Translations under genes and position numbers: made by a program
NCBI GenBank assembly: GCA_965112735.1
Contig: OZ218965.1
Coordinates: 1,178,001-1,242,000, forward strand
Reading direction: 5' to 3'
DNA length: 64,000 nucleotides
DNA from: Phaeosaccion multiseriatum
Taxonomy: Eukaryota; Protista; Ochrophyta, other classes
Shown: positions 11,292 through 22,000 of the stretch, in pieces
Numbering within the stretch: the first letter of the stretch is position 1
Layout of the letters: every line of letters begins with the position of its first letter
Notes under the pieces: generated by a model
What the model was told of the DNA's origin: nothing
Database searches by the model: none
The model's input: only the letters and a program-made list of their open reading frames with translations

Positions 11292-12393
11292 CTGGCAGGA
11301 AGCGTTTCGAGACGGAGGCAGGACGGGTAGGAAGGGAGGCGGCCCTGAGAAGGCGGCGACAACCTCTTCGAATAGGGGGGGCAACAAGTCGAGGTGAGCG
11401 GGGCGGATGGGAGTGCTCTCTGGCTTGGCGGTGCTTTTGAGGTTACCGAATGCCCATCTGCTGCTTCTCCTGCTGCTGTCTGTTCTCTGATCCTCTTCAC
11501 TGCCCCTTTCCCCGCCTCTGCCTGCCCCCTCTTGCCCCGACCCCACAGCCCGTCACCCAGACCGACCCAGCCCCCTTTGGCTGCTCCACTCGAGCAAGAC
11601 GGTGGTGCTTCAGGGATGATGCAAGCACGGGGTACACACGTCAGATGGGGGCAGCGCGGGCGGGACAGCTGAGCGCAGCCGCAGAGGAGATGAAGAAGGA
11701 CAGGAGGGGGAAGGAGGAGGCGGAGAGGAAGAGGAATGAGGTCCAGGATAAGACTGAGGCGGAGGGGGGACAGAAGGGGAAGGCTGTCTGTACGATAGGG
11801 TTGTTGTTTTTGCAAAGTGGAGTTGGGGGTGGGTGAATGGTGGTGGTGCCCCACTATTGCTATTGCATGCGCTCCTCCAGAGCGTTTGGGAGTGGAGCAG
11901 AGCAGAGCATTGCGGCCCTGGCTTTGGGGAAGGCGCCCACCCGCCCGTGCAGAGCAGCGAGGCAAGCGGAATGGGCCAGGCCTTGTGGGGGCAGGCGTGA
12001 TTAGGGTTAAGGCAATGAAGAGCTCACACAATAGACTTCCTGCTTGGCTCTCTCCGCGGGGGGGTTGAGGAAAGCAACGCAGTAAGGGAGGGGAGGAGGA
12101 GGAGAGGGCGATCCAAAGCCATTGGCTGATATCAGTGCAAGTACTGCCGTTACGCGGCGAGAGGCGTGTGAGGCTCTTCTCAGCGTTTCGGAGAAAGGAA
12201 GCCGGTGCTAGGCCCAAAGTCGACATATCTATCTATACATTCGTTATGCTATGGTACGCACTGATTCGGCTGGAAGAAAAAGCACACTTCTCACAAAGAG
12301 AGACGGGCTGAAGTGAAGCCCCTTTCTATGGCACCGTGTGCGAAACAAGACGATGCTTGACACAGGAGGGGCCGCGCTGTCTGCCCTGGTCAC

Positions 12394-13482
12394 TCAGTCC
12401 TCGCACTCGCAGGGGTGACCATTGGCGTGCACCCACTGCTTCATCTCCTCAAAGGCGGCAGGGGGCATATCCCATCCACCACCGCTTCTTTCTTTAATGT
12501 CCTGCGGGCATGCCGACTTGTCCCAGGGACACATGACCTCCTCCGAGCGGAGCCACTTCAGGACAGAGAGGCTCTTACCGCCATAAACTGCTTCAGCACA
12601 GAGATATTCATCCCACCTGCACAGCTCGCGTGCGTTTGCATGCAGCCACTGAAGCACTTCCAGATTGCCTTCCTGGGCCGCCCAGCTAGCCCCCCACGTC
12701 CACCCGCCTTGTCCCTCAGCAGCCTCCATCTCAGCTCTGACCTTGGGATGGTGCACAAGCATGTCCAACGCTCGAATATGCCCCGCCAGCACAGCCTCCG
12801 TCCATATATCAAATTGAGGAGGGCCCTCAAACTCGTCGGACAGCAGCCACGTAAGAACCTCCACATGGCCGCACTTGCCAGCTTCGAGACAAATTAAGTG
12901 CTGATCCCACGGGCACCGCTCCTCGTTGGGCAGGTCCTCCGCTCGCAGCCATTGGAGGATGCTCAGTGCGTGCCTTTCATTCCGCACCGCCACCATGGAT
13001 ACGGCCCAACCCCAGGCACACCCCATGCTGTGAAGAGCCTTGCAAATAAGCAAGTCTCCGTACTGTGCCGCAGCCTCAAAAGTCTTCACACTCAGCTCAT
13101 ACCCGTACTTCCTGGCCCACCTCAAACGCTCCTCAGACTCAAACATACTCCTGATCCGGGTTGTCTTGGCCGGATGAAGACGTCTGTAGTGCTCCTCCCA
13201 CTCCTTGCTCACCGCCGCTACGAACAAGTCGTGGCCCCCACCAGTCCACTCCATCACGCTACTGAGCATTACAGACTGGGCCAGAGCCTCTTCACAAGCT
13301 TCGAAGGTCTGAGCATCGCTTCCCTCGCCTCCAGCAAGTGCAGCGGGACCGGGAGTAGGTGTTAAAGCGGCACCGGCACCACCGCTTCCATGCAAAGTCA
13401 GACATACTTCCCCTGCCGAGGAGTCGGTGGGTGGAGCTGGCTGGAGCCTTTTGCCGCCATGCTTTCGGCTCGGTCCGTCCAT
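12394..13482 (-). CDS. Array gene A4: F-box-like + ankyrin-type repeats, 362 aa
   Basis: Intact ORF paralogous to A1-A3. Confidence 0.9.
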   Translation of the reverse strand: MDGPSRKHGGKRLQPAPPTDSSAGEVCLTLHGSGGAGAALTPTPGPAALAGGEGSDAQTFEACEEALAQSVMLSSVMEWTGGGHDLFVAAVSKEWEEHYRRLHPAKTTRIRSMFESEERLRWARKYGYELSVKTFEAAAQYGDLLICKALHSMGCAWGWAVSMVAVRNERHALSILQWLRAEDLPNEERCPWDQHLICLEAGKCGHVEVLTWLLSDEFEGPPQFDIWTEAVLAGHIRALDMLVHHPKVRAEMEAAEGQGGWTWGASWAAQEGNLEVLQWLHANARELCRWDEYLCAEAVYGGKSLSVLKWLRSEEVMCPWDKSACPQDIKERSGGGWDMPPAAFEEMKQWVHANGHPCECED

Positions 13483-14072
13483 GTCTTCCGCGGTCCCACT
13501 CTAGATGACTGCTTGACACTTATGATGCGCGGTGCAGGGCAGGTGATGGGGGGGAAGAAGCCCTTTGGCTTTCCTCAGCGAAGCCTGGTACGACGAGAGA
13601 AAGGAAGGGGGAGGGGGATTGACAGGAGGAAATGACACGCAGTGTGAGGAAAAGGCGGCATCGGTACCTCCCCTGCTGTTGGGCCTTTGCCGAGACCCCC
13701 CCCCGAAGAGCCGAAGAGTGTGGAGGGCAAGTTGACTTCGATGGACTCGATCACCATCTCCCAGCACGGCCTCGACTGCTCTAAGCCTCCTCCAGCCTGC
13801 ACTCTTCAGTGCCACACTCCTACCTGCAGCTTGGTGGAAAATGGTGCGTGGAGAGTGAGTTGAGAGGGATACAAGGCAAGTTGGTCGTTCAGCGTCGGCC
13901 TGGTAGTGGACATCTGTAGTCGCCACACGACCCGAAGAGACGGAGCGAGTCGAGGCAGCGGGGCCGGCGCAAACAAGGCCGCCATTGCTGCATGATGGCA
14001 CAGAGAAGGTGGGGCTATTAGTCACTTCTTTGAAGCGCTGCAGATACTCTGGCGAAGTGGGCAACACACGCC

Positions 14073-15101
14073 ATGGCAGAGGCAGAGGATGCCTCCAAGA
14101 GGCAGCGCCTGGGCACGGAGGAAGGTGTGACAAGTTATACCGCGGAGACTGCCGAGGAAGAAGGTGCTGTGCAGGAGACGTACGTGGCCAGTGCCAAGGC
14201 CCTGGGAATGGAGGAGGTCCTGCAGAAAATCATGCCCCTTGTGGGGAAGGGCCGCCACGTCTTCACCGCCACGGTATGTAGGGAATGGAAAGAGCACTAC
14301 AGCATGGCCCACCCTTCAGCCGAGACTTCCCTTCCAAGCGTGGTGGAGTCTGTCAGGTGCTTGCAGTGGGCCAAGGAGAAATGTGGGTACGAGCTGAGTG
14401 TGGGCACTTCCAGAGCGGCGGCAGAGTACGGAGATGTGAGCGTGTGCGAGGAGCTGCTTCACCGCTTGCACTGCCCCTGGGATACAATGGCCTGTAGGGC
14501 GGCTGTGAGGAATACTAGGCATGGACTGCGTATTCTCAAGTGGCTGCGATCCGAGGACCTCCCCAACAAGGAGCAAGGTCCTTGGTCACAGTGTAACGTC
14601 GGGGACGAAGCTGGCAAGTGCGGCAATGTGGAGGTTCTTACGTGGCTGCTGTCCGACGAGTTTGAGGGCCCTCCTCAACATATTATGTGGTCGGGGGCTG
14701 TAGACGGGGGGCGCATTCGCGCGTTGGACATGCTTGTGCACCATCCCAAGGTCAGAGCTGAGATGGAGGCGGCAGGTAACTCCAGCGGGTGGAGGGATGG
14801 GGCTTTCTGGGCGGCCGCGAAAGGCAATCTGGAAGTGCTGCAGTGGCTGCATGCAAACGCACGGGAGCTGTGCAGGTGGGATGAAGATGTCTGTTTTGAA
14901 GCAGTTTTCCACGGGAGGAGCCTCTCTGTCCTGAAGTGGCTCCGCTCGGAGGAGGTCATGTGTCCCTGGGACGAGTGGGCATGCCCGCAGTACATTAAAG
15001 ACAGAGGCGATGGTGGATGGGATATGCACCCTGCCGCTTTTGAGAAGATGAAGCAGTGGGTGCACGCCAATGGTCAACACCCTTGCGACTGCGAGGACTG
15101 A
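14073..15101 (+). CDS. Array gene B4: F-box-like + ankyrin-type repeats, 342 aa
   Basis: Intact ORF from MAEAED; last gene of the array. Confidence 0.9.
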   Translation: MAEAEDASKRQRLGTEEGVTSYTAETAEEEGAVQETYVASAKALGMEEVLQKIMPLVGKGRHVFTATVCREWKEHYSMAHPSAETSLPSVVESVRCLQWAKEKCGYELSVGTSRAAAEYGDVSVCEELLHRLHCPWDTMACRAAVRNTRHGLRILKWLRSEDLPNKEQGPWSQCNVGDEAGKCGNVEVLTWLLSDEFEGPPQHIMWSGAVDGGRIRALDMLVHHPKVRAEMEAAGNSSGWRDGAFWAAAKGNLEVLQWLHANARELCRWDEDVCFEAVFHGRSLSVLKWLRSEEVMCPWDEWACPQYIKDRGDGGWDMHPAAFEKMKQWVHANGQHPCDCED

Positions 15102-15196
15102 CTGGCAGGAAGCGTTTCGAGATGGAGGCAGGACGGGTAGGAAGGGAGGCGGCCCTGAGAAGGCCGAGGTCGTCGAGTCCTTGGAACAAAGTTTAT

Positions 15197-15675
15197 CGGC
15201 CCCATGCACGCCTAGCGGCCTAGGCCTATTTGGGAAAATTGCCCGGCCTAGCGAGGGCCGTAGGCTCTCGGCCTATTTTTATGCCGCCGCCTAGGCGGCC
15301 TAAGCGGGGCGGAGGCCCGCGCGGCCTAGGGCAGACGCCAGCCAACTAGGCGGACGGTGGGAGTGCCCAGAGTGCAAAGAGTAGTCAGTTTCATTGCATG
15401 GGATTGGAGGTGAGGAGTAGACTTCGTTCGTGTTGTCTCTTCCGCCTCGCTGGCCCTACGAGGAGTGCATACCTCCAGGTGTTGCTGCTACCCACTGGCT
15501 GGGCGGCACCACGCACGCGCCCACGGTCACTGGGAGGCTGCCTAGAGGCGGGCTATGTAGGCCGCCTAGGACTGAAAAGTGAGCGGGCTAGAGCGGGCGG
15601 AGGCCGCCGGCCTAGGCCTAGATCGGCCGAAGGCCGAGCGGCCTAGAGCAAAACCGCTAGGCGTGCATGGGGCCG
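15197..15675. mobile_element. Non-autonomous TIR element (MITE), hAT-like
   Basis: Perfect 22-bp TIRs CGGCCCCATGCACGCCTAGCGG (15197-15218 / 15654-15675). Flanking 8-bp near-duplication AAGTTTAT (15189-15196) / AAGTTTAG (15676-15683). Many subterminal GCCTAG/CTAGGC motifs; no transposase ORF. Confidence 0.85.
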
Positions 15676-16029
15676 AAGTTTAGCATGCCGGCCAGAACCG
15701 GTGGCCCGGTGGCGAATCGATCTCTCATGACGGGCCCGCTGGAGCGCCGCAGCCAAGCGCCTTCGAGTGACACAAACAGCTCGTGCATAAATAAGCCCTC
15801 TTGGGGATACAAGGCAAGTTGGTCGTTCAGAGTTGGCATGGTAGTGGAGATGTGTTAATTGTTTTTTCCATTTCCTTCCATCAGCCAGCAGCGAGCCAGG
15901 CAGCCAGCCACACTTTCAGTTTCTTCATTCCTCCCTCAACGTAGCTATGTGATAACTAATCATATTTTTTTTTAAATTAAAAATCCTCTCGGCTGCAGGG
16001 CCGCGCTCCTTTGCGGGGATGTGTCGTGC

Positions 16030-16152
16030 AGTAAGGTCGTCAGTCAGATAGTCAGTCAGTCAGTTAACCGGGGTCAGTCAGTCAGTTAACCGGGGTCAGT
16101 CAGTTAGTTAACCGGGGTCAGTCAGTCAGTTAACCGGAGTCAGTCAGTCAGC
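16030..16152. repeat. Short tandem repeat (GTCA)n-GTTAACCGGG, ~4 copies
   Basis: GTCAGTCAGTCAGTTAACCGGG repeated downstream of the chromatin gene stop. Confidence 0.8.
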
Positions 16153-16274
16153 TAAGGCAGACCCGCACGGGTGTGTCCTGTCCTCCCTTGCCTCGCCTCT
16201 CGCCTCGCTTCGTCCTCCTCCTCTCGCTCCCCCCCCTCCTCAAACCCCCAACACCTCAAGCCACTCCCAATCCC

Positions 16275-16670
16275 TCAACCGTCAAGGAAAGGACCGGCGT
16301 TGAGCTCCTCCGGCACGCTCAGGTCCCACGGGTTGGCGAAGCTCGGACCGTCGTCCTCCGCCCACTCCACCTCCACACACTCCCACGGCATGAAGCCCGA
16401 AGCCTCATCCACCGCCTTGACACCGCACAACTGCCCTGCAAAGAGTCGCTCCGACCCCATTGTGGGGACACTGTGCACACCGCCATCTTCTTGGAAGAGC
16501 GAGGCCGAGGCGTTTCCTTCGAGCCGGAAGGGCCGCCGTACAGCCTGGGCATACAGAGCAGATCGGACCACAAAGACGGGTGCATCGCCCACCAGTCGCA
16601 TCGACACGTCCAGAGTGGTGTCTGCAAAGTAGTCGGGGGGGAGGGGGGCAGGGCCCATTGCGGCTGCGGA

Positions 16671-16706
<36 letters not shown>

Positions 16707-19002
16707 TTGTTGTTGCTGTTGCTGCTGTTGAAGGATTTGCTGCTGCTGCCGGAGGATTTGCTGCTGCTGCTGGAGAATCTGTTGCTGCTGCTGTTGCTGC
16801 TGGAGGAGCCACTGGCTCTGTGGATGCTGCGGATTCTGCTGAAGCACCAACTGCTGCTGCTGCTGCTGCTCGATCTGCCTCTGAAGCTCGTCCTGCTGTT
16901 GTTGGAGCAGCGCCTGGGCAGCCGTGCCCGGAGATGCCGGCACTGGTGCTTCTACTGCTGCTGCTGTACCACCAACTGCTGCTGCTGCTGCTCCTCCCGG
17001 CCCTTCGGCAAGACTTGCCCCCCCCCCTGGCTGGGCCGGCTTCTCAACCGCCCCTCCTTCGTCAGCCTCCCGCTTGACTCCTCCACTCCCCGCATCGGCA
17101 CCCCCCCCCCCCTTGAGTGCCTTTGTCCTCTCCTTCTCCGCCGCTGCTTTGCTCTCCGTCTCTGTCTGGGCGTACACGGGGGTGAGAAGCTTGTCAAAGA
17201 ACACCTCTCGGGCCATTCGCGCCGTTTCCGTCGTCTGAGAAGTGAGCAATGAGCGCGCACACACACACAAACGGGCATATAGATGGGCAGGCACACGGGC
17301 AGACAGAGGCATAAGGGCAGGCACACGGGGTGGGGTCGGACAGGGGGCGGAGCACGGAGAAGCGTGAAGGAGGGGTGAGTACTGCAGCGGGCGCAAACCA
17401 CTCTCTCTCTGCGCTCTCTCTACCTGTCGCAGTGTTGTCTCTTCTCTCTGCCAGTCTCTCTCTGTCACTCTCTCTGTCTCTCTCTGCCTCTCTCTGCCTC
17501 TCTCTGCCTGTCGCTGTGTTGTCTCTTCTCTCTGTTCGTCTCTCTCTCTCTGCCTCTCTCTGCCTCTCTTTGCCTCTCTTCGTCTCTCTCTATCTCTGTT
17601 GCCTCACAGCATGAGGTGAGCACAGCCACCCTCCCCCATGCCGACTCAAAAGGCTCGCTCCGCTTTACTTTGCACCACGCACACTCAATCCCTTCCCCCC
17701 TCGGGTCCGATCGGTCCGAGTGAATGGCCAAGTGCTCCCCTTGTTTCTCTCCTCTCCTTTCTTCCTTAACTTTACGTAAGGCCTTCCATACTCCTCTCCC
17801 GCTCCCCTGCCTTGTGAAAGGCCGAGCTTCTTTCCGTCTCTCTCCAGTCTTGTGCAATGCCAAGCCTCCTCTGCTGCCTTTCACTTGCTTCATCTTACCG
17901 CGTTTCCGAGAGGGTCGCTCGCCCACATATCCACGCCCTCGTCGTGCTCCCCGCCGCCTTCGGAGAGAAAAGACAAGGGAGGGAGGGAGGGAGAGAGAGA
18001 GGGAGGGAAGGAGAGAGGGATGTGGATAAGGGAGAGATAAGAGAGAGAGGGAGAGAGAGCGAGCGAGAGAAAAAAGGAGACAGGCGTCGTACAGGGTGAG
18101 AGGGACGAAAGACACATATCAAGAGAGAGGCAGGCGAGCGAGAGAGAGAAGAGGAGAAGGGGAAGAGAAGCACAGCATCCGGCGACGGGCGGGAGAAGGG
18201 GCGAAGGGACGGTTCACGCCGCTCAGAGAGACAGTCAGAGAGACACTCAGAGAGGCAGTCAGAGAGGCAGTCAGAGAGACACTCAGAGAGGCAGTCAGAG
18301 AGGCAGTCAGAGAGGCAGTCAGAGAGACACTCAGAGAGACACTCAGAGAGGCAGTCAGAGAGACGCTCAGAGAGACACTCAGAGAGGCAGTCAGAGAGAC
18401 ACTCAGAGAGGCAGTCAGAAGGACACTCAGAGAGACACTCAGAGGGACACTCAGAGAGGCAGTCAGAGAGACACTCAGAGAGGCAGTCAGAGAGGCAGTC
18501 AGAGAGACACTCAGAGAGGCAGTCAGAAGGACACTCAGAGAGACACTCAGAGAGGCGGATGTACAAATGAGTGCACGCGTGCACGAAAGGAAAGCCCCAT
18601 ACTCCTCTAAACCCAAACCGCCCCCCGGGGAGACTTGAGCCTCAGATTGAGCCCTGACACTCTACGACAGTGCCTCACCCGTTCGCACGCCGAAGGGGTT
18701 GAAGCCTTGATTCGCTTCGTGCAAGCCTGCCGCCCCTAAAGCCGCCCCCATGTGCTGCTGCCAGAGCGACTCGAGACGGTGTGCATCTGCCTGGGCGGTC
18801 TCCAGAGAGGCCGCCATGTGGGGGTCGTCAAGCATGGTGACACCCCTACGCACCACTTCCTCGGCCAGGGGGATGAGCTGGGGGAAGCGGCCGGCGCAGT
18901 ACAGAGCGCAGTTCGAGGCGATCATCTGCAGGCATATCGGCCACCAGGGGCAGGCAGGCAGGCAGGCATATGGGTAGGCCGGCAGGCAGGCAGGCAGGCA
19001 AG

Positions 19003-19034
<32 letters not shown>

Positions 19035-22000
19035 CAAGTTCAGTGGGAGGGAGAGGGGGGAGGGGGGAGGGGTGGGGGGGACTTTGTGTTGAGAGACAGT
19101 CACATGGGTGGAAAGGGGGTAGAGGCACAGATGGCACAGATGGCACCGCACGGCAAACGGCAGATGATGGCACCCGACGACTCATTGGCTGCCATCCCTT
19201 GGCCTACCTCCAGGTGTGTCCTGAAGAGCGCCACAGTCTTGTACATGCGGCACTTGCAGCGCAGCTCTAAGGTGCGGAGGTCCATCGGGAGCGGTACCAC
19301 ATCCTCGTAGTCAGGGTAGATCTAAGAGGGAAGGCATATGGGCATAGGCATTGTTACACCGGCATAGCATATGGGCAGGCATATGGGCAGGCATATGGGC
19401 AGGCATATGGGCAGGCATATGGGCAGGCATATGGGCAGGCATATGGGCAGGCATATGGGCAGGCATATGGGCATAGGCATTGGTACACCGGCATAGCATA
19501 TGGGCAGGCATATGGGCAGGCATATGGGCAGGCATATGGGCAGGCATGCGGGCAGACACAGGCGAAAGAGCATATACGCATGCACGGGAGTGGGGCGTGA
19601 GGGGAGGGGGGGCAAAAGTTAAGTTCAGAGGCAGTCACATGTGAAGAGGCAGTTACACGTGAAGAGGCAGTTACACGTGAAGAGGCAGTTACACGCCCTC
19701 CTCGAAGGGCATTGGCGTTGGGGGAGGGCAGCGAGGGGGGGCAAGGGGGCCCATGAAATGGTAGGTAGGTAGGTAGGCAGGTAGGTAGGTAGGCAGGTAG
19801 GCAGGAAGGGCAGGGGAAGGGCAGGGTAGCAGCAGCTGCTGCTGCCAGCGATACACACGCGACATGTGTATGTCGGCATGCAGGAGGCATACGTAAGGCA
19901 CGTACAGGGCCTCACTCACCTCTTTTGAGACAGGCTCGATGAAGGGCCCGGCCTGAGGGTGGTCCAAGCACGCCTTAGTCACGCGCCGCAGCAAGCGGCA
20001 CAGACGCGCTCGGGGCTCACAGGCGGGCTTGAGACCAAGGGGCTCCTTTTCCTGAGGAGGCTTGACCACCTCATCCTCTCTCTGCGGAGGGGGCTGTGGG
20101 TAGGAGTGATGGAGGGTAGGTGGGGAGGGGGGGGTAGGGGCGGGGGGGGGTGCATGGGGAGGGGAAGGGGAAGGGGAAGGGTGAGGAGACGGAGGAGGAA
20201 CGCAGGAGGACGCTGGGCGCTCTCTAGTTTTGGTTTGCCACCCCCCACCACCACCAAAGGCGTTTCGTCTCGTGGGGGAGGAGAGAAGGGCTTTTGATGC
20301 ATGCCACAGCTCAACTCTTATTTCTCACTCCTTGTAACCAAACTCTTACGTAATTCTTATGTATAGTTCAACTCTTCCTTCTCCGTCCGAACGTGAGTTC
20401 TAGCCCATGCCCGAGCCGTGGCCCGAGTACAGCAAAATCGACCTCAACTTCGAACAGAGAAAAAAGTCGACCTCAACTTACAACAGAGAAAGAGAGATAC
20501 TCACCCACACGCACACACGCACGCACCCACCCACGCCCCACGCACGCATGTACTCACCGATAATGTCCCGTAGATGGTGGAGCTTCTGGGCTGAATGGCG
20601 AGCGTAAGCCTCACGTACGGAGCCCTGGGGTTCTTCTCCTCCCCGTCCCTCTCGCCCACCTTCTCGCCGCCGCCGCCACCGCCGCCGCCACCGCCACCGC
20701 CGCCGCCGCTGCTGCTGCTCGAGTACGTGCGTGCCACCTGGTAACCGCCGCTAAAGAACGCAATTGACGTCACTCGAGCCTCCACCACTACCGCAGGGGC
20801 TGCCTCCTCCTCCGCCTCCTCCGCTGCTGCTGCTGCTCTACCACCAGCTGCTGCTCTACCACTAGCTGCTGCTCCTCCTCCTCCTCCTGCTCCTTCTCCT
20901 CCTGCTCCTCCTCCTGCTCCTGGTTCACCGGCGCCGGAGGAGGGCCGTCTCAAGGGGGCGGTGGCGTGAGCGGCACCGCGCATGGGCCTCAGAGAGCGGC
21001 CCAGGAACTTCTGCCGCCGCAGACGAGCCTCGGCTTTGATGGCAGCCTGTGAGTCATTCATTCATTCATTCATTCATTCATTCATTGGGGGTGATTGGGC
21101 GAGGGGTATATATTACTCGGGGTTGGGCTGAGAGGCGGAGGGAGAGGAGGCAGAGAGGAATCGACAAGCGCTGCCGAGCTCCGAAGGAAGGAAAGAAAGA
21201 TGGAAAGATGGAACGTCTCCCCTCCCCTCAGATGCAAGCAAGCGATGGATGGTACTGGATGGCTCTCAGCGAAGGATCACTCACTCACCCACTCACTCAT
21301 CCACTCACTCACTCACTCACTCACCCACGCACTCACCCCCTCACTCACTCACTCACTCCCTCACCCACTCACTCACCTCGTGTCCGGCAGCGAAGTACAC
21401 GACGAACTCGTTCAAGCAAGGGACCTGGGGAGGGGGCAGCACAGCAGTTGGTGATACAGAGCAATCGGAGGGCACAGCACAGCAGTTGGTGATACAGAGG
21501 AATCGGATCGATATTTCTGATTAAGGTCTAAACTGAACTGAACCAAGCTGCACCACACTGCTTGCGTCAGAGGCGTGAGGGGTGTGTCGATGTGGGGCCT
21601 CAGTTGTGCAACTGTTGTGACACTGCTGTGCCTCACTCATGCCTCACTCACCTTGTCCCTAAGGCCGGGGCGGAGCATGCTTAGGAAGGTTTCCCGATCC
21701 ACATCTCCGAACACATCCTGCACCGCCCGAGGGTCCACCTGAGGATGGCAGCGGATGCCCAGCAGAGGGACAGCGGGGAAAGTGGGGAGGGGGGAGGAGG
21801 GAGGGGGGAGAGAAGCAAGGGGCAGGTGCGATGGATGGGGCAGAGGCAAAGCAAAAACTAAGGAGAAGGAAAGGCCGTGTGGATTGCCAAGGCCCAACGA
21901 GCACGAGAAAGAACAGCGCAAAAGGCAAGCAGCAGGGGCCATCATCCCCTCCCCTCCTTGTTATTCAGCACCGCCTTGTGCCCTGTGCCCTGGCCCCCCC

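Larger units (their letters stand above)
1..15164. repeat. Tandem array of ~3.8 kb units, each with a divergent A(-)/B(+) ankyrin-type gene pair; incomplete at window start
   Basis: Anchor GGGATACAAGGCAAGTTGGTCGTTCAG recurs at 2410, 6241, 10068 and 13866 (periods 3831, 3827, 3798). Base 1 aligns to ~3840. Homology ends after ...GAGAAGGC at ~15164. Confidence 0.97.

Noticed and set aside
917-15101. Diversity-generating retroelement as the source of hypervariability (NNT/NNG-like codon patterns)
   Set aside because: No reverse transcriptase or invariant template repeat in the window. Some sites vary at position 3 or at non-A bases (TGG/GAC/AAC), and block 5 has indels. Selection plus conversion explains the data.
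917-15101. Recombinase-driven shufflon inversion between A and B
   Set aside because: All four intergenic segments and spacers keep the same orientation, and no recombinase is present.
1-15164. CRISPR-like repeat/spacer reading of constant and variable blocks
   Set aside because: Blocks are in-frame parts of protein-coding genes in a eukaryote, and there are no cas genes.
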